A stretch of 64,000 nt of DNA from Myxococcota bacterium (GTDB lineage: Bacteria > Myxococcota_A > UBA9160 > UBA4427). Below are positions 63,353-64,000 of this stretch, one piece after another. The position numbers and the translations under genes are program-made. The notes beneath the pieces were generated by a model. It was not told the origin of the DNA, searched no databases, and saw only the letters and a list, made by a program, of their open reading frames with translations. The stretch lies in NCBI GenBank assembly GCA_965250285.1, contig OZ252299.1, positions 1,120,001 through 1,184,000 on the forward strand, read 5' to 3'. How positions within the stretch are numbered: the first letter of the stretch is position 1; each line of letters begins with the position of its first letter.

Positions 63353-64000
63353 GTGGCGCGCCGAAGGGATTCGGGATCGCGAGGCGCTGGCGCACGCCCG
63401 GCCCGAGGGCGCGGGCCGGGGCGAGGACGACGGTCCGGCGGTCGCGAGTGGATTCACGGGCTGCACTCGATCGCCGAAGCGCTGGCTGCGGGCCGCCGCG
63501 AGCTGCATGCGCTGTGGCTCCGAAAGGGCCCGCCGCGCCGCGAGCTCGAGCCGCTGGTCGAGGCGGCCCGCGCCGCCGGCGTGCTCGTGAAGAGCGCCGA
63601 GGCCGACGAGCTCACCGACCGGCTCGCCGACGACGGCATCAACTGGCAGGGCGCGCTGCTCGAGGCCGGGCCGATCCCCGAGCTGGCGGGCATCGGGCCG
63701 CTGCTGCGCGCGCAGCCCGAGGGGCCCGTGCGCCTCGTAGCGCTGGACGGCGTCGAGGACCCCCAGAACGCGGGCGCCATCGCGCGGGTCGCCGATGCCG
63801 CGGGCGTGGGCGGGCTGCTGATGACCGAGCGGCGGGCGCCTCCGCTGAGCGCCGCCGTCTCGCGGGCCAGTGCCGGCGCCATCGAGTGGCTGCCGACGGC
63901 TCGGGTGCCGAACCTCGTGCGCGCGCTCGAGGGGCTCAAGGAGCGGGGGGTCTGGGTGCTCGGGGCCGACCTGCGCGACGCCGAGCCGCTCTGGCGGGTC
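63353..64000 (+). CDS. rlmB: 23S rRNA (guanosine-2'-O)-methyltransferase RlmB (3' truncated by window)
   Basis: GTG after GGAGGAG; WIHGLHS, ALDGVEDPQNAGAIAR, ASAGA, VPNLVRALEGLK; missing from the ORF track because it runs off the end. Confidence 0.9.
   Translation, partial: MARRRDSGSRGAGARPARGRGPGRGRRSGGREWIHGLHSIAEALAAGRRELHALWLRKGPPRRELEPLVEAARAAGVLVKSAEADELTDRLADDGINWQGALLEAGPIPELAGIGPLLRAQPEGPVRLVALDGVEDPQNAGAIARVADAAGVGGLLMTERRAPPLSAAVSRASAGAIEWLPTARVPNLVRALEGLKERGVWVLGADLRDAEPLWRV

Noticed and set aside
63276..63590. 104-aa ORF in the provided track
   Set aside because: Wrong frame; RlmB motifs are in the frame starting at GTG 63353

Overview
High-GC bacterial chromosomal window. Myxococcota-like affinity is inferred from the DUF4388/PilZ genes, the Cys-insert ferrochelatase and the gene mix. 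It is densely coded with about 60 mostly housekeeping or metabolic genes: pstCAB, aceE plus an E2-like gene, a tungstate ABC transporter (tupBCA), lpdA-lipA, clpS-clpA, ispH, paired acyl-CoA dehydrogenases, hemE, hemH with a TRAP transporter, a second E2 with lipB, metF and rlmB. It also holds tRNA-Cys(GCA) and tRNA-Leu(TAA). I saw no integrase, transposase, reverse transcriptase, cas gene or CRISPR array. Best leads: (1) the E2 next to aceE keeps its lipoyl and E1/E3-binding domains but has lost the catalytic DHR..DG motif, while an intact E2 lies about 36 kb away, suggesting a bacterial E3BP-like adaptor; (2) two ~195-bp, ~87% identical non-coding direct repeats bracket an orphan glycosyltransferase-like gene just after tRNA-Cys; (3) short tandem duplications recur across gene termini; (4) a DUF482/FemAB-fold gene sits head-to-head with clpS-clpA; (5) an active plus nucleophile-less alpha/beta-hydrolase pair; (6) a candidate structured RNA at about 31.3 kb. 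All calls come from reading motifs by eye with no database searches, and start codons are best estimates.
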